NCBI RefSeq assembly: GCF_028641065.1
Contig: NC_073402.1
Span: 27,900,001 to 27,964,000 of the forward strand
DNA from: Leucoraja erinacea
Taxonomy: Eukaryota
DNA length: 64,000 nt
Reading direction: 5' to 3'
A program made the position numbers and the translations under genes. The notes under the pieces are model-generated. The model ran no database searches. It was given only the letters and a program-made list of their open reading frames with translations, and was not told the origin of the DNA. Numbering within the stretch: the stretch's first letter is position 1; each line of letters opens with the position of its first letter. Of this stretch, positions 49,620 through 61,960 are shown one piece after another.

Positions 49620-51390
49620 GGGAGGATAGACACATAAAGCTGGAGTAACTCACCGGGACAGGCAGCAGCTCTGGAGAGAAGGAATGGGTGACGTTTTGGG
49701 TTGAGGTCCTTCTTCAGGAATGGAGAGGGAAAGCAACGGTTACTTGAAGTTAGAGGAGTCATACCGCTGGGGTGTAACCTGCCCAAAGAAATATGAGCAC
49801 CTCCTAGCTAGCAATGATCCATTCTACATTTTCCTTAATAAATGTCCCCTTTGATGTATCATTTTCACACCTTACCCTTCCTTATCTCTGCATCTCCGTC
49901 TCCCTTGACTGTCTGTCTGAAGAAGGGTCTCGATCCAAAACATCACCCATTCCTTCTCTCCAGAGATGCTGCCCGTCCCGCTGAGTTACTCCAGCACTTT
50001 GTGTGTATCCCTGGAAAGAAGGAAGAGATGATGCTTCTAGTCAAAGATAGGCAGCATCTCTGTAGAGAAGTAGTGGGTGACGTTTTGGGTCGAGACCCTT
50101 CTTCAGACTAGTTAGGGAAAAGGTAAATGATAGATATAGATGATGATGTAAAGATGATGACGAGAGACAAAGACAATGAATGAAACATATGCACTAAAGT
50201 AACGATGATAAAGCAAACAGGCCATTGTTAGCTGTCTTGTCGAGACCCTTCTTCAGTCTGGTGGTGAATCTCTGGAATTCATTGCCACAGAAGGCTGTGG
50301 AGGCAAAATCAGTAGATATATTTAAGGCAGAGATACTGTAGCTAGATTCTTGATTAGTATGGGTGTCAGAGGTTATGAGGAGAAGCCACGAGAATGGGGT
50401 TAGGAGTGAGAGATAGATCAGCCATGATTGTATAGCGGAGTAGAATTGGTGGGCTGAATGGCCTAAATTCTACCCTATCACGTATGATCTTATACGTAGG
50501 ATGGAACTGTAGATGCTGGTTTAATCCGTAGACATAAAAACCTGCAGTAACTCAGCGGGCCAGGCAGCAGCTCTGGAGAGAAGGAATGGGTGACGTTTCG
50601 GGTCGAGACTAGTTCGGGAAAAAGGAAACGAGAGATATAGACAATAGACAATAGACAATAGGTGCAGGAGTAGGCCATTCGGCCCTTCGAGCCGGCACCG
50701 CCATTCAATGTGATCATGGCTGATCATCCCCAATCAGTACCCCGTTCCAGCCTTCACCCCAAATCCCCTGACTCTGCTATCTTTAAGAGCCCTATCTCGA
50801 CAATGACGTAGAGAAATAAAGACCAATGAATGAAAGATATGCAAAAAAGTAACAATGATAAAGGAAACAGGCTGTCTTGTCGAGACCCTTCGTCAGACTT
50901 GTGGTGAATCTGTGGAATTCATTGCCACAGAAGGCTGTGGAGACAAAGTCAGTGGATATCAAAGATTACAGAGGATCTTTGGTGGATATATTTAAGGCAG
51001 AGATAGATAGATTCTCAGAATTCTAGTACGGTTGTCATAGAAACATAGAAACATAGAAATTAGGTGCAGGAGTAGGCCATTCGGCCCTTCGAGCCTGCAC
51101 CGCCATTCAATATGATCATGGCTGATCATCCAACTCAGTATCCCGTACCTGCCTTCTCTCCATACCCTCTGATCCCCTTAGCCACAAGGCCACATCTAAC
51201 TCCCTCTTAAATATAGCCAATGAACTGTGGCCTCAACTACCCTCTGTGGCAGAGAATTCCAGAGATTCACCACTCTCTGTGTGAAAAGGTTATGGGGTGA
51301 AGGCAGGAGAATGGGGTGAGGAAGGAGAGATAATTGAATGACAGAGTAGGCTTGATGGGCCGAATGGCCTGATTCTTATCCTGTCACTTC
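49620..51390. mobile_element. Nested cluster of Penelope ends and CR1 fragments
   Basis: Several copies of both repeat types in both orientations, including a locally duplicated Penelope-CR1 junction. Confidence 0.7.
50952..50989. mobile_element. 22-bp insert of the CAAAGA...TCTTTG family with 8-bp TSD
   Basis: GTGGATAT + CAAAGATTACAGAGGATCTTTG (50960-50981) + GTGGATAT; the paralogous repeat at about 50310-50330 lacks the insert. Confidence 0.8.
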
Positions 51391-51404
51391 TGATTTTCAG
51401 ATTT

Positions 51405-51730
51405 AATTGGAACTACATCTCCCAGCGGGCCCCGGCGCGCATGCGTGGTGGGACCCACACCGCCCTTCCCGCCGCGCGCGTTAGCGAGCAGCCGGACGCC
51501 GCGGCCGCGCTCTCCATGCCAGCCCGATGCAGGCCGTCCCCATCAAACCCGCGTTCGAGTGCCCCACATGGTGAGTCCGTGGCGCGGCGCGGCGGCCCGA
51601 GGCCTTCCCCCTTCCCCCCTACACGGGGCATCCTGACGGTGGAGGTAGAGGGGGTGGAGGTAGAGGTAGAGCGTGCGGCCTACACGGCCAGGCCAGGCCC
51701 GGCCGTAGTGTGGCTGCCCGGCCCGGCGCC
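51405..51730 (+). promoter_or_regulatory. CpG-island promoter of PPP1R8 with ZNF143/THAP11-type motif
   Basis: ACTACATCTCCCAGC at 51412-51426 (ACTACAnnTCCCA consensus); dense CpG; GCGCATGCG NRF1-like site about 51437-51445. Confidence 0.75.
51527..51570 (+). CDS. PPP1R8: PPP1R8/NIPP1 coding exon 1
   Basis: MQAVPIKPAFECPT(W), compare human PLFDCPTW; in-frame upstream TAG at 51482; donor ATG|GTGAGT, phase 2. Confidence 0.85.
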
Positions 51731-52990
51731 CCCTCCCTCCATCTTATACCCCACCTCGTCTTACCTCCAGCCCCACCCATCTCAAACCCAGTCCCCCTCC
51801 CTCCCTCCATCCCCCCCCATCCATCCATTTACCCCCAGGTCCTCCTCCTATCTTACTTCCCCCCATCTCCCTCCCCCACCTCATCTTGTATCCAGTACCT
51901 CCCATCTCAACCCCGGTCCCTGCTTCCCTCCATCTTACCCCTACCACCTCTCCCCCCCAGCCCCTCCTCTTTCTTACCCCCATCCACCTGCAATCATCCC
52001 CATGCCTCCCCCATCTTATATCCTCCCCCCCCCGATCTTATCCCCACTCCCCCCCCCCCCATCTTATCCCCCCCCAGATCTTTATCCCCTCCCCCCCTTA
52101 CCCCAGCCCCCCATCCTTATCGGTTCTCTCTTTCATCCCCCCCCCCCCATCTTATCCCCTCCTCCCCCCATCTTATCCCCCATCCTCTCCTCCCATCTTC
52201 CTCCCCCCCATCTCCCCCTCCTCCCCTATCTTATCTCCAGCTCCCCCCATCTTATCCCAAGTCCCCATCTTAACCCCCAGCCCCTTCCCCCATCTTATCC
52301 CCCACCCCCTTCCCCCATCTTATCCCCCAACCCCTTCCCCCATCTTATCCCCTACCCCCTTCCCCCATCTTCCCCCATCCCCCATCATCTTGTCCCCCTT
52401 CCCCCATCTTATCCCCCACCCTTCCCCCATCTTATCCCCCACCCCCTTCCCCCATCCCCCCACCCCCTTCCCCCATCTTTCCCCCTTCCCCCATCTTGTC
52501 CCCCTTCCCCCATCTTGTCCCCCTTCCCCCATCTTGTCCCCCATCTTATCGTCAGTCCCCCCTTCCATTTTATCCACAATCCCATCCTCCATCTTACCCC
52601 CTCACCATCCCTCATCTTAACCCCTGTTCCCCCCCCTCCACTCCCCATCTTAACCCCCCTCCCCCATCTTAACCCCCCCCTCCACTCCCCATATTAACCC
52701 CAACCCCCTTCACTCCCCTCCTCCCCATCTTAACCCCAGCCCCCCTCCTCCTCCTCCCCATCTTATCCCCACCCCTTCTCCTCTCCATCTCATTCCCAGT
52801 CTCCCATCTTATCTCCCGCCCCACCTCGCCAATCAACAACTCCCTGCCTCCCCCCTTGTGTTCAACTCCGTTCTCCCATCTTCATGCCAAATCCGTGCCC
52901 TCTCAAACCCATCTTGTCCCCAACCTCCTCTTCCCCAAACAACTACTCCTTGCCCCCTCTCAGGCCCAACTCCATCGTCCCCTCCTCATG
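51730..52990. repeat. C-rich degenerate minisatellite (core CCCCATCTTATCCC)
   Basis: About 1.25 kb that is nearly G-free on the + strand, with many CCCCATCTT units. Confidence 0.85.
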
Positions 52991-53004
52991 CCTTCTCAAC
53001 CGAT

Positions 53005-53335
53005 TGTTTCTGATGTTGGGGAAGTCCAGGACAAGGGGTCACAGCTTAAGGATAAGGGGGAAATCCTTTAAAACCGAGATGAGGAGAACTTTTTTCACAC
53101 AGAGAGTGGTGAATCTCTGGAACTCTCTGCCACAGAGGGTAGTTGAGGCCAGTTCATTGGCTATATTTAAGAGGGAGTTAGATGTGGCCCTTGTGGCCAA
53201 GGGGATCAGAGGGTATGGAGAAAAGGCAGGTACGGGATACTGAGTTGGATGATCAGCCATGATCATATTAAATGGCGGTGCAGGCTCGAAGGGCCGAATG
53301 GCCTACTCCTGCACCTAATTTCTATGTTTCTATGT
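53005..53335 (+). mobile_element. CR1/HER1-type LINE 3' fragment
   Basis: SRTRGHSLRIRGKSFKTEMRRTFFTQRVVNLWNSLPQRVVEA; (TTTCTATG)n tail. Confidence 0.85.
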
Positions 53336-54087
53336 AACCCCTTTTTCCCCCACCCCTCCTCCCCAATCAGCAACTCTCTGCCACCCCATGCGCCCTCTCC
53401 TCCTTTCACATTGTCCTGGTTATGTTTGACTTTGCCATCTAAAGATTGCAGACATTACCAACGGAATCAAAGACCTCTCCCACATCCGTAAATCCATCTG
53501 CTCCCTGCTACTGTCCGGCAAAAGATATGGAAGTTGGAACCCAAACTCAGAGACAAGTTCCTTTTTGTTAATTAGAGTTCTCAATGTCCCTTCTGTAAGC
53601 TATGGCTCAGTCCAATTCTCCTTTACCCCTTTGCAGACATTGAACTTTGTCTCTGAAACTGTTGTGCGATAATGCTGAGAATTATATTCTGCTCTCTGTA
53701 TCTCTCCCTTTTCCCTACTTCTTGTCCATGAGTTTGGCTTGATTGTATATATGTAGAGTATTATCTGATTTTGATAGGATAGCATGTAAAACAAAGCTTT
53801 TCACTGTAGCTTGGTAAATGTTACAATAATAAATTTAAACCTAAACCAATAGTTCGCTGGTCAATGATTTCCACATTCTTGACGGCAGGTATGTTATTTC
53901 TTTTCAGGGTGAAAATATATGTTGGCCTGCAGGTGGTAGCAACTTGTCCCTGTGATTTGAAGTAGTAAGCAGATGTAATTGCGTGATTTTTAATCCATAA
54001 TGTACCTGTTAGGTTGTTTGAGCCAGTGTGTGTGTGATTCCTTTGTGGCTGCAGGGGTCCTATTTAAAATATGAAGTTAATGCTGGA

Positions 54088-54402
54088 GTGTGTAAGAAAG
54101 AACTGCAGATGCTGGTTTAAATCGAAGGCAGACACAAAATGCTGGAGTAACTCAGCGGGTGAGGCAGCATCTCAGGAGAGAAGGAATGGGCAACGTTTCG
54201 GGTCGAGACCCTTCTTCAGACTGATGTCAGGGGAGGGGGCGGGACAAAAAGAATGTAGGCGGAGACAGTAAGACTAGTGGGAGAACTGGGAAGGGAAGGA
54301 GAGAATCTGAAGAAGGGTTTCGACCCGAAATGTCACCCATTCCTTCTCTCATGAGATGCGGCCTCACCCGCTGAGTTACTCCAGCATTTTGTGTCTACCT
54401 TC
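54088..54402. mobile_element. Inverted pair of Penelope end fragments
   Basis: About 100-bp arms in inverted orientation around a purine-rich spacer. Confidence 0.72.
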
Positions 54403-54499
54403 AAGTTAATGCTGGAAATACAATGCAAGATATTTATAATCTATAAAGGTTCTGTTTAGTTTATTATTGTCACGTGTACCCAAGTACAGTGAAATGCAT

Positions 54500-54740
54500 C
54501 CCCACACATTAACGCTATCCTACACACACTAGGGACAATTTTTTTTAGGCATACACCAAGCCAATTAACCTACATACCTGTACGACATTGGAGTGTGGGA
54601 GGAAACAAGATCTCGGAGAAAACCCACGCGGTCAAGGGTAGAACGTAGAAACTCCGTATAGACAGCACCCGTAGTCGGGATTGAACCCAGATCTCTGGCG
54701 CTGTAAGGCAGCAACTCTACTGTGCTACCCAGCGTGCCAT
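54500..54740 (-). mobile_element. V-SINE (HE1-like)
   Basis: Reverse-complement head and V-domain. Confidence 0.7.
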
Positions 54741-55809
54741 TATATAATCTAATTAGATGCGATGTTGCAAATTGTGACATTGTTCTAAACAAATGTAAAA
54801 AAAGGTTTCATAAATTTGAACAACTGCAGAATGAGCATTTATAATAGTTTGTTTTTTTTATAATGACTAGTAATTGTAAAATCTCAAGCAGTAGACAACT
54901 TACTATTCTTCAAAATTAAGATGTTTTTTTCATATTCCATGTGATCACTTCTATGCTAGCTCTTAGAGCAATCACATTCTCCCACTTATTTTCCTGTAGT
55001 CTTATCTCTCTTAACTGCACATCAACATCACTCCTTCCCCCTTCTTTGCCCTAATTTTCTTATCAGCAATCTACAGTAGCGGGAATTCACAGTTTTGAAT
55101 TTAGCCAGCCTCCCAACCAGCCTTTGGGATGTGGGAGCGAACCAGTGCACTGGAGAGAAATTTGCACTGTTGCAAGCCGAGCATGCAAACTCCACACATT
55201 GGATTAAATCCAGGTCCCCAATGCTGGGGATTTCTCCCCAATGTACCCAGTGGTGTGTTTTATCTGTTCACTCAATTGTTCACTCATTGATACTGATAAG
55301 CATCAGAACTAAAGAAGCAGATCTGCTAACCTTGAATAAATGTGAATAAATCAATGGATCTTATGGAAAATACAATTATTTGTATTATTTTTTCTCTTAG
55401 CTGGCCCCTCGATATTGGATGCAAACAAATTGTAATGTTAAGAAATGGCATATTCAATGAAATTTCCAGAAGTACTTTTTAGATGTAGCCGGTTGCATGG
55501 ATTGTTTCAAAATGTTCTTCTAAGTTCTAATGTATTCAACAATAGGTAAAGGGCACTCAGAAGAATTGAATACGATTGAAAGGGAAAGTTTGCAAATTAT
55601 CTGTGGTGTAGACAAATTGTTCTGCTTACAATTGGTTCCAGAGTTGATTGCAGTCCAAGAACATTGTTTTTCAATAATTGGGAGATCATACTGTCTATTA
55701 TTTATTTTCCTCAAAAGAATTAGAGTGAGATTATTTTGATTTTAAAACAAACTACCTGCTCTTCTTGTAAATGTGATTTTTTTTTTTGCAAAAGTTCATC
55801 TAAACTAAA

Positions 55810-56358
55810 TTTGTACATTGGCAAGACCAAGCATAGACTCGATGACTGTTTCGCTGTACACTTACACTTGGTCCACCAAGGCCTATAGGATCTCCTGATT
55901 GCTAACTATTTGAACTCCTATTTCCACACTGACCTTTCTGTCCTGGAACTCCACCATTATCTGAGTGAGGCCACACACAAACTGAAGGAACAGCACCTCA
56001 TAGCTTACACCCCAACGGAATGAACATTGAATTCTCCAATTTTAGGTAAACTCTTAACAACCCTCTCCCTCCCCACATACCCCTCCATCATTGTGCCCCA
56101 CCTATTTCTGGCTTTGTGCACAACTTTTCAATCTTATCTCACCCTTTATGCTTTTATCTCTAGCCTTTGTTCCAACCATCTGCCCCTCCTATGCCTGTGT
56201 CCACCCATTACCTGCCACGCTTTGTCCTGCCTCTCCTCTCTTTCAGCTTTCTTCCCATCTCACCCCTCAATCCATACGAAGAGGGTCCTGATCTGAAATG
56301 CCACCTATCCATGTTCTCTTGAGATGCTGCCTGACCCGCTGAGTTACTCCAGCACTGT
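55810..56358 (+). mobile_element. Penelope-like element 3' part with GIY-YIG endonuclease remnant
   Basis: YIGKTKHRLDDCFAVHL from 55814 (YIG motif), contiguous with the pyrimidine-rich end and the degenerate hammerhead-type unit. This ties the abundant short repeats to Penelope. Confidence 0.75.
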
Positions 56359-58559
56359 TTGTACTTAAGGTTTTGCTAAAAATATTTTGCTTGCCTATCT
56401 AGTGTAGACAAACTGTATTATAGGGAAGATAGACACAAAATGCTGGAGTAACTCAGTGGGATGGGCTGCATCTCCAGAGGGAAGGAATGGGTGACGTTTC
56501 GGGTCGAGACCCTTCTTCAGAATTATAGGATTGAGTTTTACAAATGAAAAGTGTTGGCGTATGTTGAAATTAGTACATTGTATATTATGTAATTGTTTGA
56601 TCTATGGCAAAGTGAATCTCAGGACCTGTCGACTATTTCACTGCAGGCGGAAACTTGCAAAATTGCCAAAGATATTTTTAAGGTCATGATTATTTAGAAC
56701 TAGATTGTGATGCATGTTCAGATTTCCAGCTTAAATTTAAGTGTGCTTTGCTCTTGAAGATAAATGTTGGAATCATTATGGAAACAAGTGTTCAATTACG
56801 AAAAAAAAAGAAATGGCATACTTGATGTTATAAACAGAAGCAGGATGCTCCAATGTGGTTGATAGATATGTGAATAAACAAGTAAGTTGCGAGTCGAATC
56901 TGGTGCAATGTCACTTTTCCTATCCCTAGGAAAAGCAGACTTTTTTTTGCATGTAGCAGACTAGCTGCCAAGACAGAATATAAATACAGATTTATAAACC
57001 TGAAGAATTCTGTGATTGATACATTATTGAAAGTACTCATGCTGCTTGTAAATAAATTAAAATATTATCCTTAATTATTTAAATTATATCATTATTTTCC
57101 TAGTGGAGTAAAACTCTGCTAATCCTGTATGCTCATTACTTTAGTACAGATGTTACAGACTATTAGAACTTATTCTCAACACACTTCAAGTTTACTTTTT
57201 TTTTTAAGATGTTACACAGTATTAGAATAAACTTTCCCATGAACAAATTAAGTGAAAGGGTGCATAGGCACCATTGTCCCAGAGGAGCACGGGAAACATA
57301 ATCCTAATAGATTTTAGGAGGTTGCGGGAAACATCACCCGTTGACCAGGTAGGTGCAGAACCAATTTGTCAGCCTGTGGAATATAGTAGTTTCACTGAAG
57401 TGTCTTATCAAAAAATACCGAAAGCACTTAACGATCCAGTAACTTTGTTGTCCATCCTATAGTTTGTTGCATTGGTAGCTAAACATTTCCTGCAATGACT
57501 TCTCTTGTCCCAATATTAAACATGAAAAAATTCTGAAAAGCTTTTACTTCCAGCTTTACTTCCATATTTTCATGTTATTTCTCAGCCACGATGTCCAAAA
57601 AAATAGGGTCAGCATTAGTGTGATTGGACGAGCTGCAAATTTTGCCAGTTAAATATTGAGAATGTTCAAGCCATTTTCTTCATCCCTGTTGTAAACTCTG
57701 CTCTTCCTGCAGTTTTCACCAAAATCCTATAAAAACTTAGACATCCTATATTTTCAAGGCCATATCCTTTCCATTGCAAAATCCAGCTTCTCCACCCACA
57801 TCCTATCCTTCCACAACACTTCAAACTAAATCTGCATCAAGGACTTTCTGAATCAATGATCTGTCCACGTCCTACTCTAGTAACTTTGTTTCCATTGTGT
57901 GTTTAAAGTGTACTTTTATCCGCTGTAATATTCTCCAGAATGTCCTAAAATTGTGAAAGTTGCTATACGAATTCAAGCCTTTCTTCTATGTCTCAATCTA
58001 CAAACAACCATCCTGCTACTTTCTCCTTTGACCAATTCTTTAGTCACTCAATTTCCTTAGCTGGTTATGCATGAAAAGTAATATTTTGTTTATTTGCTTT
58101 CCATAGTGTTTTATTTCGTCTTTTGTAAACTTTAAAGCTGATTTTTGCTTTCTCCCTGTTTTCTCGTGGTCTTAAATTTACTCTAGCCAAAAGCATTTAC
58201 ACTTTGCAAAGCATTTTACCAAAGATGGTAATGATAGCTGTGTATTTCTCTATGTTCATGTATACATTGTGGAATTCTCATAAGTTTACCTTGTTATTCC
58301 TTAAAATTTTAGTACAGAATTGATCTTGCTAATAATCTTGCAATTTTTAATACAAAATGGTTTGCTGCCTGATTAAATCAGTATCTCTGCTAACAAGCTG
58401 CCAGTTTATGAATATATATTCCGTCTGTAGTAAATAGTCACCTGGCTACATTTCTTGTAAATCCGATTAAATGTAATTTGGGCAGAACCAGTTTATAACA
58501 TGGAATTGCTTAAATGGAATATAGTCCTGGCTATTGCAAGGTGATGAATTGTGAGAGGG

Positions 58560-59670
58560 CGTGCACGGGCAGGTCATTCACTGCAAATGGTAAAACCTTG
58601 GGTACAAGTCTATAGAGTGGTAGCACGTGGATAAAGTAATGAAGGAGCAATATGGGGCATTTGTCTTCATCAGGCATGGTCTAGAATATAAGAGCGGGGG
58701 CATCATGTAACAACTTCAGAAAACATTGGTGAGGCTTCATCAATGTGCACTTTTGGTTACCATGCTAAAGGAAGGATGTGATTGTTCTGTAAAAGCTGCA
58801 GAGAAGATTCACCAAGATGTGGCATAGATTGGAGCATCTTGGTTATAAGGAGCGACTGGGTAGGCTAGATTTGATTTCCCTGAAAGTTAGAGTCTAGACT
58901 GCACTGTCTAAAGAGGCAGATATTAAGGACATTTAAGAAGCATCTGGACAAGTACTTGAATCACCAAGATGTAAAAGGCCGCAGACCAAATGTGGGTAAA
59001 TGGGAATAGTGCAGTAGAATGATTGGCATGGATTCAGTCTGCCATAGGATCTGATTTTGTGCAGTAAGAGTCTGAGACATTCTCCTAATGAAGAGTTTAA
59101 GGCATAATCTATCCCATGTTTGTTTTGTCAGAGAGACAAATACAATGCATCGTGGCAACATTTTGACCAAGGTACTGGCATCTGTTAGTCTATGTCAAGG
59201 TGTGAGGAAGGTTTCATAAGGATGCCAGTACTATCTATATGAGAGTGATTGCTCTGTAAATAGAATGCAGAGGAGATTCACGAGAATGTTTTCTTGATTG
59301 GTATGTGAATAGATTGGATAGGCTGGACTTGGTTTTCCCTGGTTCAAAGGTAGCTGAGGGTGACCTGATAATATAAAATTATAAGAGACATAAGGTATAT
59401 AGAATGTTTTCCCCCATAGTAAAGCAACAATGCATCGGTTTAAGGTGAGGAAGGACTTTTAAAGGGGATCTGAGGGAAAAGAGTTTAAGAAGGTTGATCT
59501 GTGCCAGAAGAGGTGGTGGAGATTATCGTAATTAGGAAGGAATATTTAAATAGGGAAGAGATAGACTGACATGGACCCAAAGTGGGTAAATAGGATTCAT
59601 GTAAATGGGCAAAAGAGTTGGTGTGGATGTGGTGGGGTGAAGGGCCTGCTTCTGTGCTGTGCCAGAGTTT
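58560..59670 (+). mobile_element. Old degenerate CR1 fragments
   Basis: Recognisable remnants such as CAGAGAAGATTCACCAAGATG and CAGAGGAGATTCACGAGAATG (QRRFTKM / QRRFTRM). Confidence 0.55.
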
Positions 59671-61100
59671 ACAATAAGAAATACCAAGTGCCTACTTTGT
59701 TCTTCATTTCCATCAACAGCTCCCTAAAAAGTGGCAACAGAAATTGCCAAAGGGGATTAATATTGAAAGACAAAAGCATTACAAAGCTTCAGAAATATAA
59801 TTGAAACCAACTTTAATTGCTGCTCTGCATATAACATTCATATGCAAGCATTTCAATGTAAAACAGCAAAATGTTTTAACTAATAGCATAAGTATACATA
59901 TCCTCAACATGCATGCTTTAAGCTGTACTCAGTCAACACATTTTCATCAACCTGGCAACTTCCAACTTACTGGGAGTACAGCATCTGCAATGCCCGGTCT
60001 GCCCTAAGGTCCATCATAATTGACATTAGAGAGAGGATATTGTTTCCCTAGCAGAAAATAGCAAAACTGATTTGCTGAGAATATCACAAAGCCAAAAAAT
60101 CATAATGCAAGCCGTCCCTGGACTGGAGTAACATCACAACGCAAGAGGAGAAACACACCACCTGCATGAATGGAAATAGAACACAAAATCTGACAACCAT
60201 GACAAGCGAGGATTCTTCAGTGCTTCCGAGGCTATCTATACCTCAAACTCCCAATAATCTACCCCACTAACAGCCAAGTACAGAGAAACCTCAAGGACAG
60301 TGAAGCAGTTAGTGCTCACTCAAAGAAGTACTCCAAAGACTTTATCAATCAAGAGCTGATCTTTGACGCAATTGTTTGCAACCATTCCACGGACCATTAT
60401 CCATCACAGCTTTGGACTAGCCATAGCACAACAACTGTTGAAAAACCAACCATTGGCTGTAAAACGAGGAATTTGGGAGAGCACACAATAGCTGTAGAAA
60501 TACAAAAACATCATAGAGAAGTGCTTGTGATGAGAATTTGGGACCTTGTCTCTCGCATCAAGAAGAGAACATCAAGTAAGAGATCTTGGATATTATAATT
60601 ATGATAGTCTTCAAGAAGGGAGACATTTAAAGTTGTAAAGTGATGGATCTCCTTGTCGATCAATTGTTGCCTCCACTAATCTCCTTATCGGGCTAGAACT
60701 ACTCTGCTCCTCTCTTCCACAAGTGACCACGTGTTAAATGCAAAGCACTGGCTGGTATATATTTTGGATTTCATATAGTATTGAAAGATTGTTCATGGAT
60801 ATGGGTTTTAAGTGGAACAAATTTTGATTAATGCTACAAAGGATGCAAGAACTTAAGTTTCAAGGTTTGAAATCTCTAGTTTGTATCAAGGAAACAAAAT
60901 AGCTTTAAGATAGTACATCAGATTTAGCTTCAATTACACTGGCTAATTCTACTATGCGAAGTGTTCAATGTTTTTTTTCACAAACAAGTTAGAGCCAGTC
61001 CTCTATTATGACATTTCGCTTGCAGTCTTGAAACGTTATTTCAAGATTTTATAGATTTTGGACAATGTGTTGTAACCCAACATTTTGTTTTACATTTCAG

Positions 61101-61161
61101 GGGGGGGAAGCCTCCACCAGGACTGCACTTGGATGTTGTAAAAGGAGACAAGCTCGTAGAG
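61101..61161 (+). CDS. PPP1R8: PPP1R8/NIPP1 coding exon 2 (gene continues beyond the window)
   Basis: (W)GGKPPPGLHLDVVKGDKLVE, nearly identical to human WAGKPPPGLHLDVVKGDKLIE; acceptor atttcag; donor GAG|GTGAAC. Confidence 0.95.
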
Positions 61162-61362
61162 GTGAACAGTTATTTAACTTCCTGTTTTTTTTTTCCCTTC
61201 AGAATTCCTTAATACAAATGCCCTGGCAATTATCTTGATGATGAAAATGTCTGCTCAAGGCTGTGCCTAAAATATTGAATGCATCTTATTTGTGTCTGAA
61301 CTGTAATTTGTGAAGCTGTTTTACTGTAGGAAATTACTGGTTGCGTAAAAAATGGCAATTTA

Positions 61363-61432
61363 ATTCAGATTCAGATTCAACTTTAATTGTCATTGTCAGT
61401 GTACAGTACAGAGACAACGAAAATGCATTTGA
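61363..61432 (-). mobile_element. Short retroelement 3' end with (GAATCT)n tail; also at about 6902-6962 and 42428-42502
   Basis: Three near-identical copies of ATGCATTTCGTTGTCTCTGTACTGTACACTGACAATGACAATTAAA plus TGAATC repeats. Confidence 0.65.
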
Positions 61433-61704
61433 CATTCATAATTTACCATTTTTATTGTAAACTAATAAGGATAATGTAGTTGAAATTTAAGATTCTCCTC
61501 ACTTCTGAGATTGTGCACCCCCCATATACTCACCATGGCCTCCAGCCTCTTGCAGTGAATTTCTTCTTGTGCCTTGCAATGAGTGCCTATGCCTTGACAC
61601 TCTCCCCCAGCTGCCCTGGGGGTTTCGTTACTTCTAAAGTGGTATTTAAGCACTACCTTGAAATCCATCTCATCTTGACTTGACTTTACGAATATGTCAG
61701 TCTG

Positions 61705-61960
61705 TTTTAGTTTAGTTTAGTTTGGAGATACAGTGTGGAAACTGGCCCTTTTGCCCACCGAGTCCATGCCAACCGGTGATCCCCATACATAAGCACTATC
61801 CTCCACACCAGGGACAATTATACCAAAGCTAATTAATCTACTACTTGTACGTCTTTGGAGTGTGGGAGGAAATTTGAACTCCCAGAGAAAACCCAGCAGC
61901 CGTAGTCAGGATCACACCCGGGTCTGTGGAGCAGCAACTCTACCGCTGCGTCAACATGTC
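61705..61960 (-). mobile_element. V-SINE (HE1-like), internally deleted
   Basis: (TTTAG)n tail plus V-domain and head remnants in reverse orientation. Confidence 0.65.

Noticed and set aside
51441-52697. 418-aa Pro-rich ORF and overlapping Pro/Gly-rich ORFs
   Set aside because: By-product of a C-rich repeat with few stop codons; it runs through the PPP1R8 exon 1 donor into intron 1.
55401-55490. Possible extra PPP1R8 exon after a strong acceptor (ttttctcttag)
   Set aside because: No good donor and no NIPP1 similarity; exons 1 and 2 already join in frame.
60000-60600. A-rich, coding-like stretch, possibly an old LTR or LINE remnant
   Set aside because: No recognisable protein motif could be read in any frame.
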